DNA of 64,000 nt from a virus (Duplodnaviria; Caudoviricetes): IMG/VR virus record IMGVR_UViG_3300028591_000158, positions 1 to 64,000 of that record; one strand, 5' to 3'. Positions within the stretch are counted from its first letter, which is position 1. Each line of letters opens with the position of its first letter. Position numbers and translations under genes: made by a program. The notes below the pieces were generated by a model. That model was not told where the DNA came from. It searched no databases and saw only the letters and a program-made list of their open reading frames with translations. Shown here in pieces: positions 1 through 14,367 of this stretch.

Positions 1-2
1 AG

Positions 3-299
3 ACTTTCATTAATAAGATTAGAAAGCATTATACTTATCGTGATTCAGAACCAACAATGTCAATTTTAACAATTACATCAAACGTAGTTTACGGAAAGAA
101 GACTGGTAATACTCCAGATGGTAGAAGAGCAGGACAACCTTTAGCTCCAGGTGCAAACCCAATGCATGGTAGAGATTCTCATGGTGCTTTAGCTTCACTT
201 GAATCAGTAGCTAAGCTTCCATATGAGTATTCAAGAGATGGTATTTCTAATACATTCTCAATTACACCAACTTCTTTAGGTAAAGATGAAGATGATTAA
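3..299 (+). CDS. pflB: Pyruvate formate-lyase, C-proximal part of the core (runs off the window start); ends before the glycyl-radical domain
   Basis: Frame open from nt 3: ...[48 protein letters not shown]...[20 protein letters not shown] then TAA; matches hallmark PFL sequence ([29 protein letters not shown]). Confidence 0.92.
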   Translation, partial: TFINKIRKHYTYRDSEPTMSILTITSNVVYGKKTGNTPDGRRAGQPLAPGANPMHGRDSHGALASLESVAKLPYEYSRDGISNTFSITPTSLGKDEDD

Positions 300-300
300 A

Positions 301-328
301 TTGTATAATAAAGTAGTTGGCTAAATTA
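301..328 (+). promoter_or_regulatory. Two putative promoter motifs upstream of nrdD (TTGTATAAT at 301; GCTAAATTA at 320)
   Basis: Both motifs recur in intergenic regions throughout the window. Confidence 0.55.
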
Positions 329-441
329 ATTACCAAGTTTGTGATTAAAAGTTAAATGATTTTGGAGGTGGTATCTATTAAATTTAAAAATAACTATACC
401 TTATAAACTATAATAAATATTTTTAGAGATTAGGTGATTTT

Positions 442-3065
442 ATGGATAATACAAAGGTAAGAAAAAAAGACGGTCATATTGAAGACTTAGACTTTAATAA
501 GATCAAAGTAGCTGTTACTAAATCAGCAAGAAGAGTTGATTATACACTTCAAGATGATGAATGGCTAGAATTAAAAAATTTAATAGTAACTAATGATAAT
601 TCTTATATTAAAAAGTTAATTAAACAGTCTAATTCAAATATAATTAGTGTTAGTGATTTACATAATATAATTGAATTAGCACTTGATGAGGTTGTTCCAA
701 ATGTAGGAAAGTCTTATCAAAATTATAGAAATTATAAAAAAGATTATGCTAAGATGATGGAGAGTGTTTTAAAGAGTGCAGACGCTCTAAATTATCATAT
801 AGATAGATCAAATGCAAATACTAGTAGTGCTTTAATATCGACTAAGAGAAGCTTAGTTTATACTGCATTAAATAAAGAATTATATCAAAAAATGATGTTG
901 TCTGTTGATGAACTAAGTGCAATTAAAGATGGATATATTTATATTCATGACTTAGGCGCTAGAATGGACACTTATAATTGTTGCTTATTTGATATTGGTA
1001 AAGTTTTACAAGGTGGATTTACTTGGGAGCATATTGATTATAATGAGCCAACAACTGTAAGATCAGCAATGGCTGTAACAGGTGATATTGTTCTTAACTG
1101 TGCAGCTCAACAATATGGTGGATTTACATTATCAGAAATTGATTCAGTACTTGCTCCTTATGCAGAAAAAAGTTATAAAAAATATAGAGATGAGCATATA
1201 GCTGAATTAAAAAAGTATAATGTTAGTCCAGATGAAAAAGAAGTAGATGAATTTGCAATTAATAAAGTTAAAGAAGACCTAGCACAAGGTTTTCAAGCTT
1301 TTGAACATACATTTAATACAGTAGCGTCTTCAAGAGGAGACTTCCCATTTGTTACTATGACTGGTGGTTGTGACGAAACAAGATTTGGTCAATTAGTTTG
1401 GGAAACAGCTCTAGAAGTAAGACAAGGTGGGCAAGGTAAAAAGGGTAAAAAACGTCCAGCAATTTTCCCTAAGTTAGTATTCTTATATACTAAAGAATTA
1501 CATGCTGAAGGAAAGCCACTATATTCATTATTTTTAAAAGGTGTGGCTTGTTCTTGTAAAGCAATGTATCCAGATTGGTTAAGCTTGGATACGCCTGACT
1601 TATCTATTATAGATAATATTAATAATTTATTGCTAGATGATACAAGTAAAACTTCAGTTGTTGGTAATATATTCCACAAGTATCACAAATTTGGTGTTTC
1701 TAGATGGATTCTAGATGATAATAATAAAGTACAAGAAAACAAAGATTGGGTGGACTCCATTATAAGTCCGATGGGTAAGCGTAAACTACAGCTCATCTAA
1801 AATCTTTTGAACCTCGCTCGAGGGTGTTGAGTAAACGTTTAGTTTATATTAATAGTATATTAATTACTCAGCTAACTGCCAGGTCCTATTAATTAACAAT
1901 TTGAGGATGAAGCAGTGCCAAGACTTATAATTAAGTAAGGTGTATCGACTATCCCTGATGAATGTAAGGGAGTAGGATTAGAGATAAGCACTAATCCGAA
2001 GCGGAAGACTACTAGAAATAGTAGAAGATATAGTCAGTGCATATAGTAATATATGATAAAATGTGTAGAGCATACCTAAGTCCATATTATGAAAAAGGTG
2101 GTCTTAAACCATTAGATGATACTGACAAACCAGTATTCCAAGGTAGATTTAATGGTGGTGCTATTTCATTAAATTTACCAATGATTTATATGAAAGCAAA
2201 AGTAGATAATGGTAATAAATTTAATGAGACAGAATTTTTTAAATTATTAGATTATTATTTAAATATGATTAATAATTTACATATAAAGACATATAATTTC
2301 TTATCAAAGCTTAAAGCATCTTGTAATCCAGTTGCGTTCTGTGAAGGTGGTTTTGGCACTTTAAAGCAAAATAATTTAATAAAACCATTAGTAGATAGAA
2401 TTACATTTAGTTATGGTTTTACAGCTTTAAATGAATTACAAGAATTACACAGTAATCAATCACTTTATGAAGTAAGAACAGAGAAAGATAATTTTGCATA
2501 CAGAGTTTTAAAATATATTAATGATTATGTATCAAAGTGTAAACAAGATAGAATTGATGGAAAAATTCCTTATATTGCAGCTATTTATGCAACACCAGCA
2601 GAAAGCTTATGTGGAACACAATTAAATCAATTTAAGGCAAAATTTGGCGAAATACCACAAGTTTCAGATAGAGCTTATTTTACAAACTCTTTCCATATGT
2701 GGGTAGGTGAAGAAATTACTCCTTGGGAAAAACAAGATGCTGAATTTAGATATTTTCATATGTCGAGTGGTGGGCACATTCAATATTGTAGATTCCCAAC
2801 TAGTATGAATATATTATATATTAAAGATACTATTGAAAGAGCTATGAAGCTTGGATATTATTTTGGTGTTAATATTGAAAAATCATATTGTGGAAAGTGT
2901 GGAACTGTTGTAGAAGATGGTATTGATACATGTCCATATTGTGGTTCAAGTGATATTACAGAAATTAACAGAGTTTGTGGCTATTTAGGATATAGTAAGG
3001 TTGATGGAACTTCTAAAATGAATGATGCAAAATTAGCTGAATTAAAAGATAGAAAGTCGATGTAG
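442..3065 (+). CDS. nrdD: Anaerobic (class III) ribonucleotide reductase, spliced: exons 442-1776 and 2064-3065, 778 aa
   Basis: N-terminal ATP cone, YIHDL, AAQQYGG, PMG|CR motif restored by splicing, YATPAESLC, CGKC..CPYCG zinc site, RVCGYLG glycyl-radical loop. Confidence 0.95.
1777..2063 (+). mobile_element. Group I self-splicing intron, 287 nt, no endonuclease ORF
   Basis: 5' exon ends in U, intron ends in G; IGS CTACA-GCTCAT (1786-1796) pairs with both exon ends (ATGGGT with U-G wobble; TGTAG); P7 GACTA (1947) pairs with TAGTC within AAGATATAGTC (2025-2035); CTGC/GCAG P4-like pair. Confidence 0.93.
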
Positions 3066-3068
3066 TAT

Positions 3069-3572
3069 ATGAATATAATTAAAATAGATAAAAATAATCT
3101 AGTTAATGGCGATGGTATGCGCTGTGTTGTTTGGTGTGCAGGTTGTTCATGGAATTGCTATAAATGCCAAAATCCTGAGACACATAATAAAAAAGCAGGA
3201 CATAAATTTACAGAAGCTGATTGGCTAGAAATTAAAGAACAATTAAGCAGGAAAGAAGTTAGTGGTGTAACACTTTCTGGTGGAGATCCATTTTTTCCTG
3301 CTAATAGAAAAGATATGTTAAAGCTATGTAAACGTATTAAGTCAGAATTTGCAAATAAATCTATCTGGTGTTATACTGGATTCTTATTTGAAGATATAAT
3401 AGATACAAAGTTATTAAAATATATAGATATTATTGTTGATGGACAATATAAAGATGAATTAAATCCTAAAAATACAAATTTATTATGGAGAGGTTCATCA
3501 AATCAAAGAATTATAGATGTACAAAAATCATTGTTAGAAAATAGAACAGTGCTTTTCTATAATAAGGATTAG
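3069..3572 (+). CDS. nrdG: Anaerobic RNR activating protein (radical SAM)
   Basis: NGDGMR, CSWNCYKC, TLSGGDP, DIIVDGQY, WRGSSNQR. Confidence 0.95.
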   Translation: MNIIKIDKNNLVNGDGMRCVVWCAGCSWNCYKCQNPETHNKKAGHKFTEADWLEIKEQLSRKEVSGVTLSGGDPFFPANRKDMLKLCKRIKSEFANKSIWCYTGFLFEDIIDTKLLKYIDIIVDGQYKDELNPKNTNLLWRGSSNQRIIDVQKSLLENRTVLFYNKD

Positions 3573-3586
3573 TCGGAGGATTATTT

Positions 3587-3820
3587 ATGAATCAACGTGT
3601 GGACAACTTAATTAATATTTTAGATGGCTACTTTGAAGCTGGGGCTCATCATATTAATATTAATGTATTTAGTAAAGAAAAAATTAAAGATGCTTATGAA
3701 CATCCAGAAAAATATGGTTCCATGACAGTTAGAGTCTCTGGTTATTGTGTTGAATGAGGTAAGTTAACTCAAGAACAAAGAACTGATATATATCATAGAA
3801 CTTTGCATGACTGTTTGTAA
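3587..3820 (+). CDS. Stand-alone glycyl-radical domain (PFL C-terminus / GrcA-like), 77 aa, one TGA=Trp
   Basis: GGAGG RBS; MNQRVDNLINILDGYFEAGAHHININV...HPEKYGSMTVRVSGYCVE(W)GKLTQEQRTDIYHRT; missed by the ORF track because of TGA at 3755. Confidence 0.9.
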
Positions 3821-3832
3821 GAAATAATTAGT

Positions 3833-3866
3833 AAAAATGGATATTACAAAAAGTATCCATTTTTAT
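3833..3866 (+). terminator. Intrinsic terminator
   Basis: AAAAATGGATA / TATCCATTTTT inverted repeat after the GrcA-like gene. Confidence 0.7.
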
Positions 3867-3979
3867 TATTTTTATCCTTAATTAGCTAAATTATATGTAG
3901 CTTTTAGTTTATTGGAAAGGTATGACATATTTTAATAAAAATGTCATTTCACATATATTATTAGAGAGGAGATTACCTT

Positions 3980-7714
<3,735 letters not shown>

Positions 7715-7722
7715 TAATTATT

Positions 7723-8358
7723 ATGAAATATTATGTTAGAACAACAGGAGAAAGAGTTTTAGATAACTCTTTCTCTCAAATTGAATATGAATTATGGATT
7801 GATTATGTACATAAACCTACAAAAGCATTTATTGAATTATTAGAAAAAGTGCAAAATGAAAATGTGGTTTTAATGGAAGATGATATAATTTTGTGTAAAG
7901 ATTTCGATACAAGAATAAATGAAGTAATAGAAAAAAATCCAAACGAAATTATAAATTTCTTCACAAGACCAAATAAATATATAAAAGATTTCGAAGTCAA
8001 TTATAAAAATTTCTGTTATAATCAATGTACATATTTTCCTTCCAATAGAACAAAAGAAATATTGAAATATGTTAAAGAACATGAAGAAGTAAAAGAGCAA
8101 AGAACACCTGAACCTTTCTTAAAAGAAGTATTCAAGGGACTTAGCCTAATAACTTATACATATAGGCCATGTTTAGTCCAACACATAGATGATGGAAGTT
8201 TAATGAATCATCATAGTGATAAAAATTCAAGACGAACACCATATTTCATTGATTATTTAGATAAATTAAATGTTAAATATGAAGACTGTGAAAATCATAA
8301 TGTTTTAATTGAATTAAAATATGCATTAAGAAGCCATTTTATAAAATATAACAGATAA
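7723..8358 (+). CDS. Glycosyltransferase, GT-A fold, GT25-like
   Basis: VVLMEDDIILC motif, RPCLVQHID; similarity judged by eye. Confidence 0.55.
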   Translation: MKYYVRTTGERVLDNSFSQIEYELWIDYVHKPTKAFIELLEKVQNENVVLMEDDIILCKDFDTRINEVIEKNPNEIINFFTRPNKYIKDFEVNYKNFCYNQCTYFPSNRTKEILKYVKEHEEVKEQRTPEPFLKEVFKGLSLITYTYRPCLVQHIDDGSLMNHHSDKNSRRTPYFIDYLDKLNVKYEDCENHNVLIELKYALRSHFIKYNR

Positions 8359-8406
8359 ATAATCTATTTGCTAAATTAAAATGATTAATAAAAAAGGAGT
8401 ATTGCT

Positions 8407-8616
8407 ATGATAACTACTATACCTACTGATAGATGTCAAACTTATTATGGCACAAGCTCAGATGAAAAACCTATAAATAAATATATTGGAAATGGATCTC
8501 AATTTATAGAACAAGATACAGGTAAAATCTACTTTTTTGATGAAGAAAATTCTAAATGAGTTGAGGTCAGCAATGGAAATATCTTAGCACTAGCTATAAG
8601 GGGGTTTGTACTATAA
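8407..8616 (+). CDS. Small virion-associated protein, 69 aa, single GxSxDxKP domain, one TGA=Trp
   Basis: AGGAG RBS; YYGTSSDEKP..IGNGSQFIEQDTGKIYFFDEENSK(W); paralogous to the N-termini of the 3980 and 8616 genes. Confidence 0.7.
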
Positions 8617-9368
8617 TGATTACACCTAGAAATGAAAATACATTTTTATATGCCGGTCTAAGTACTGATCAAAAACCAACTAAATATGTTGGTAATGGAT
8701 CTATGTTTATAGAAATGGATACGAGTAAAACATACATATATATTGAATCTACCAAAACATGAACACTATTTGATTTAGGTAGTGGCGGTGGAGGCGGCGG
8801 CGAGTATGTTGCCGGTGAAAACATTACAATTGAAAATAATGTAATTAGTGCTGTTGATACTAAATACACAGCAGGAAATAATATTACAATTTCAGATGAA
8901 AATGTTATTTCAGCAGAAGCAAATTTAGCTGATCAATTAGTTGCTTCATTAAATGTTGGTGGAGTTGAAAAAGGTGATACATTTGCAGCTGGAACACCTA
9001 TTGAAGATATTATTAAAGCAATTTTAACAGAAATTAGTCCAGTTGAAGGAACAATTTATTATGGTGCTTTAGATACTGAATCTCCAAGTGTTCAAGATTT
9101 AAATTCAACATCAATTCCTGCTGAAATTAAAGTAGAAGGTATAACACTTGATTTACGTACTACAGGAAAGCAATTTCAATGTATTGTTTATCCAAAAGAA
9201 TTAGGATTATTAGTAAGAATAATACAAAATGGATTAAGTGAGTTTAATGTCTTAGATAGTTTTAATAGAACAGAAATAACAGTTGATTCAAAAGACTATT
9301 ACTGTTATTGTACTTATCAAGACGCATTAGAACCTGACCAAGCTGATTATTCATTCTATTGGAATTAA
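8616..9368 (+). CDS. Virion/tail protein, 250 aa, one TGA=Trp
   Basis: TAATG overlap with previous gene; GLSTDQKP domain, GGGG linker, two YxAGxNITIxxxNVISA repeats; absent from the ORF track. Confidence 0.75.
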
Positions 9369-9409
9369 TCTTATAAAAATAAAAATTTTTAAAGGAGGTT
9401 TGAATAAGA

Positions 9410-9766
9410 GTGGGATATCAAAGATTTAGAAATGGTTTTGAAGTAAGTACTAATTCTGCTATAGATAAAAGATTATATTTAACAAAGCTAGAAATGAAAA
9501 CTGCTCATGAATCATTTAATATGCCAGGCAAATACATAAATATATGTCCAGATGATGGAAAGCTTTATATCTACTCAGAAGCTAATGAAATTGATGAAGA
9601 CTTAGGAAAATTTAGATTATTAGAAAGTAGTTTTGATTTTACTGATGAAGAAGCAAATAAAGCATTAGCTGAGGGTATAAATGCAGCATTAGATGACAAT
9701 ATTGATGGTATAGTCCAAACCATTCAGGATAATTTAAATAATGTGAATGGAGGCGACATAGAATAA
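9410..9766 (+). CDS. Hypothetical virion protein, 118 aa
   Basis: AGGAGG RBS before GTG; lies inside the tail-gene run. Confidence 0.6.
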   Translation: MGYQRFRNGFEVSTNSAIDKRLYLTKLEMKTAHESFNMPGKYINICPDDGKLYIYSEANEIDEDLGKFRLLESSFDFTDEEANKALAEGINAALDDNIDGIVQTIQDNLNNVNGGDIE

Positions 9767-10278
9767 TGGCAAATATCACAATACAATTTAAGAGAGGAAC
9801 TAAAGAAAAATTAGAGCAAAGATTAGTTCCTGGAGATTTAGGTGTTCCTGCAAAAGGTGAACCTATATGAGAAACAGATACCAATAAATTAAAAATTGGT
9901 GATGGTATTACATCTTATATAAATCTAGATTATTTTGGTGGAGATGTAGATGATCATTTAGTTTTAGAAGGTTATTATAGTTTGGAAGATGATAAATTTT
10001 ATGATAAACCTTTAGATGATCCAGATAAACAAAGATTACCAGAATGAAGTTCTAAATTATATAAAGATTTAGATACTGGAAATAGTTATTATTACAAATC
10101 ACTTACTGTAGGTAAACATTTCAAAGTACTAAATATAAATGTAAACCTATATAATAGCTCAGGTCAAAATGTAGACGGTGCAATGACACAAAAAGCTGTA
10201 ACTGATGCTATTAATAATATTAATTTTGGTGTTGATACTTCAGATACTGAGTGTTTAACACTTAACAAACCTTGGTAG
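9766..10278 (+). CDS. Tail protein with Mtd_N/hyaluronidase-N-like domain, 170 aa, two TGA=Trp
   Basis: IQFKRGT...GEPI(W)ETDTNKLKIGDG; GQNVDGAMTQKAVT repeat unit typical of tail fibres. Confidence 0.7.
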
Positions 10279-10363
10279 TAATTTCTTAATAATTATTAAG
10301 AATTTATTATAAAAAACATAAAACCATAAAAATATTAAAATAAAGGAGAGAAAAAAGAAGATT

Positions 10364-11725
10364 ATGGCTTATACTTACACAAGTACTCCAGTTTTAAGTA
10401 AGATTAAAATTGGTAATGATTATTATTATTTAAAGGATGCAGATGTTAGAGCAATTATAGATGGCTTTAACAATGACATCGTTACAGGGCAATTAGGTTT
10501 AGTAACTGAAGAAAACAAATTAGTTTATTCACAAAATATTAAATCTTATGTAGATGCAGAAGTTGCAAAGGTTAAACAATTCTCTTATGAAGTTGTTAGT
10601 ACATTACCTACACCAAGTGCAGATACAATGTTCATTATTTACCTTGTACCAAAGGGAGCTGGTAAAACAGGTTATTTAGAATATTTATGCATTGATAAAG
10701 GTGCAGATGTTTCACCTAGATATGTATTCGAAGAAATTGGTGATACAGATGTAGATTTAAGTAGCTATGTTACAAATGTTTCTTATTCTAATGGAACATT
10801 ATCTCAAACTAAGGGTGATGGACAAACTACAACAGTTCATGAATTTGGTCCATTTGTTGATGCTAGTCAAGCTTCTGGTACAGTTGAAGGTCAAACAATT
10901 TCTGGTGTTAAGGCAACTGGTGATGTTTCTGGTTCAGCAGCAATTACAACAACTCCTACAGCTGCAACACTAACAAAAGGTGCTTATACACCAGAAGGTT
11001 CAGTTACTATTAATGGTACAAGTGGTACAGTTAAAGTATTAAATGTAGATGGAAGTGTTACAGCAGGTGCAGCAGCAACATTCACAGAAGGTTCATTCAC
11101 TCCAAATGTTCCTACAGCTTTAGATTTAAGTAAATTTAATGGTGGTTCTAAAGCAGCAGATACATTTACTCAAGGTACATTACCAAGTAAAGCAGAAGAT
11201 ACATTTACAGCAGCAACATTAAGTGCTCCAACAAAATCAACATTTGCAACTGAAGGTATTGTAGCAACAGTTGGTGAATCTGGTACGGCTGATGAAGAAA
11301 CATTAATTTTCAGAACAGCAACACCTGGAACTGCAGTTACAGAGCAAGGTGAATTTAATGGTGGTTCATTTGTTGAAGGTGCATTCACAGCAGGTACATT
11401 ACCTACATTTATAGAAGGTGCATTTACACCAGCTTCTTTAGCAGAAGGATTCTATACTCCAGGTTCTGCAGCTTCTAAAGCAAGTGACACATTTGATGGT
11501 GGTTCTGCAACACAAGTTACATTACCTACATTCAAGGATGCAACAGTATTAACTGATGCTTCAGCTACATTCACAGGTACAACAGCAGAATCTATTATTG
11601 TTACAGATGTATCTTATGATAAAGTTGATGCTTCAGCAACAGTTACAGCATCTAATGTTGAATTAAATGTTGGTGATATTACAGTAGCATCTAAGAGTGT
11701 TACAGTTACACCAGATGCTAAATAA
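10364..11725 (+). CDS. Thr/Ala/Gly-rich tail fibre/structural protein, 453 aa
   Basis: AAGGAG RBS; N-terminal SKIKIGxDxYxLKD motif; internal FxEGxFTxGxLP repeats. Confidence 0.65.
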   Translation: MAYTYTSTPVLSKIKIGNDYYYLKDADVRAIIDGFNNDIVTGQLGLVTEENKLVYSQNIKSYVDAEVAKVKQFSYEVVSTLPTPSADTMFIIYLVPKGAGKTGYLEYLCIDKGADVSPRYVFEEIGDTDVDLSSYVTNVSYSNGTLSQTKGDGQTTTVHEFGPFVDASQASGTVEGQTISGVKATGDVSGSAAITTTPTAATLTKGAYTPEGSVTINGTSGTVKVLNVDGSVTAGAAATFTEGSFTPNVPTALDLSKFNGGSKAADTFTQGTLPSKAEDTFTAATLSAPTKSTFATEGIVATVGESGTADEETLIFRTATPGTAVTEQGEFNGGSFVEGAFTAGTLPTFIEGAFTPASLAEGFYTPGSAASKASDTFDGGSATQVTLPTFKDATVLTDASATFTGTTAESIIVTDVSYDKVDASATVTASNVELNVGDITVASKSVTVTPDAK

Positions 11726-11786
11726 TTAAATTATTATAAAATAATAATTTAAAATATTGTATATTAAATAAATATATAACAAAATG

Positions 11787-11818
11787 AATGGGGAGGGAAA
11801 TTATCCCTTCCCATTTTT
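11787..11818 (+). terminator. Intrinsic terminator
   Basis: AATGGGGAGGGA / TCCCTTCCCATT hairpin followed by a T-tract. Confidence 0.7.
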
Positions 11819-11847
11819 AAATTTATAAAGGAGGTAATCAACCTTTT

Positions 11848-14349
11848 ATGGCAGATATTTCAAAAATAAAATTACCTGGTAATGACACAGTATATAATAT
11901 TAAAGATGAAGTTGCAAGACAAGGTAATACAAATCAAAAAGTTAAAACTTCTACAGTAACTTTTGGTAATAATGATGAAATTCAAATTACTGCAGGTTCT
12001 AATATAACTGTTACTGGTGATTCAAGTGCAAAAACAATTACAATAGCAGCAAGTCAACCTACAGTTAATAATGGTAAATTAACTATTCAAAAGAATGGGG
12101 AACAAGTACAAACATTTACTGCTAACCAAAGTGGAAATGTAACAGCTAATATTGAAGTTCCAACAAAAACAAGTGATTTAGAAAATGACAGTGACTTTGT
12201 AGTAGATGCAAGTTACGTTCATACAGATAATAATTTTACAACAACTTATAAAGAGGCAGTTGATGCAAATAGCCAAAAAGTAAGTAATGTTCAAGCAGAT
12301 TGAAATGCAACAACAGGATTATCAGTAATTAAAAATAAACCTACTTTAGGTACAGCTGCTTCTAAAAATACTGGTACTGGCTCAGGTAATGTTCCAGTTT
12401 TAGGCAGTGATGGTAAATTAGCTTCCTCTGTTTTACCTGCAATAGCAGTAACAGATACATTTGTTGTTAATAGCCAATCAGCAATGTTAGCATTAACTGC
12501 TCAAGTTGGTGATGTTGCAGTAAGAACTGATCAAAATAAATCTTATATTTTAAAAACTGCAGGTGCTTCAACATTAGCTAACTGGCAAGAATTATTAACG
12601 CCAACAGATGCAGTAATAAGTGTTAATAGTAAAACTGGCGCAGTTCAATTAGGCGCTTCAGATGTTGGCGCACTACCTGATACTACAACATATTTAGCAT
12701 CAGCTTCTAAGAGTGGTAATACATTAACAATTACTCCAAGTTCTGGAACTGCTTTAACATATACTCCAACATTTACAGATACAAACCAAAAGATAAAAGC
12801 CGGAACTGTAACTTTTGGAAACAATGATGAAGTTAATATTGTAGCAGGTAGTAATGTTACTGTTACAGGTGATGCTACAAATAAGAAAATCACTATTGCA
12901 GCTTCTTATACAGATACAAACTATTATCAAACACCTGATTTTAGTACAGGTTTAAAGATTGCAACAGGTACTGGTGTTAGTGATTTATATGTTCCAACAG
13001 GAAATACAAGTTCTACAGTATGTATAGGTAATGATTCTAGATTATCAGATTCAAGAACTCCAAAATCACATACTCATGGAAATATTACAAATACAGGTAC
13101 TATTACATCAGCAGCTGTAGCAACTGCAACAGGTGTATTGGTATATGATAGCTCTAATAAAATTCAAAGAGCAACAGCTGCAGATACTAGAGCAATTATA
13201 GGTGCTGGTACATCTAATTTCTCAGGTTCTTATAATGATTTAACTGATAAGCCAACAATACCTACAGATACAGGTGCAACTAGTATTGAAACAACTGGTA
13301 CTGGTAATGCAGTTACAGCAGCTTCTTATAGTGCTACAACAAGAAAAATTACTTTAACAAAAGGTACTACTTTCTTAACTGCTCACCAAACAATACCTGT
13401 TACAGATGTTCAAGTAGATGGTAGCTCAGTATTAGATGGAACAGTTGCTAAAATAACAATGCCAACTGAGCTTAAAAACCCTAATAAATTAAATATTAAA
13501 GTTAATAGTGAAACTTCTAACTTTATAGAATATGATGGTTCTGCAGTTAAAACAGTAACAGTAAAACCATCAAGCACTAATGGTGCATTTATTATTAATG
13601 ATGGCACAACTGATAAGACAATTCAATTAGCAGGTACATTTACAGATACTAAAAATACATCAGGTACAACAAATAAAACTGGTACTAAAATGTTTATTGT
13701 AGGTGCAACAAGCCAAGCTGCTAATCCACAAACATATTCAAATTCAAATGTTTATATTGGTACAGATAACTGCTTATATAGTAATGGTGCTAAAGTATTA
13801 ACTAGTGATAGTAATGATAACCAAACTGTAAAAGTTGGAACTACTGAGTTTGGGGCAAATGATGTAGTTAGTTTTGTAGCTGGAACTAATGTTACAGTTG
13901 TTGGTGATAGTAGTGCTAAAACAATTACTATTAATGCTACTCAACCTGATGTAAGTAATTTCATTGAGAAATCATCTACAAGTGGTTTAGTAAAGAATGA
14001 TGGTACAATAGATACTACATCTTATAGAAGTAATACTATTTCAACAAATAGTGGTAAACGCTATTTACTAGGTAGTTCATCTACAACTAATATGTCTACT
14101 ACTAATACTAATAGTAGTTGTTATATGCAAAGTGGCATTTTATATAGTAATGGAACTGAAGTTGTTACAAGTTCATTCTCAAAAGCAGTAACATTATCTG
14201 GCTCAACTACTTTAAGTGATACAACATTTAATGGAAATTTAACTTTTGGTGCTTCTTGTAATGTATCAACAGAGACTTGGACATTTACATTGTCAGATGG
14301 AACATCAACTACAAAAACAATTTTACTCTTTGATACATCAAGCAATTAA
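11848..14349 (+). CDS. Long tail fibre, 833 aa (joins 11848 and 12484 through TGA 12301)
   Basis: NVQAD(W)NATTGLSVIKNKP motif; three copies of NQxxKxxxxxFGxNDxxxxxAGxNxTVxGDxxxKxITI. Confidence 0.8.
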
Positions 14350-14367
14350 TAAAAGGAGGAATTAAAT

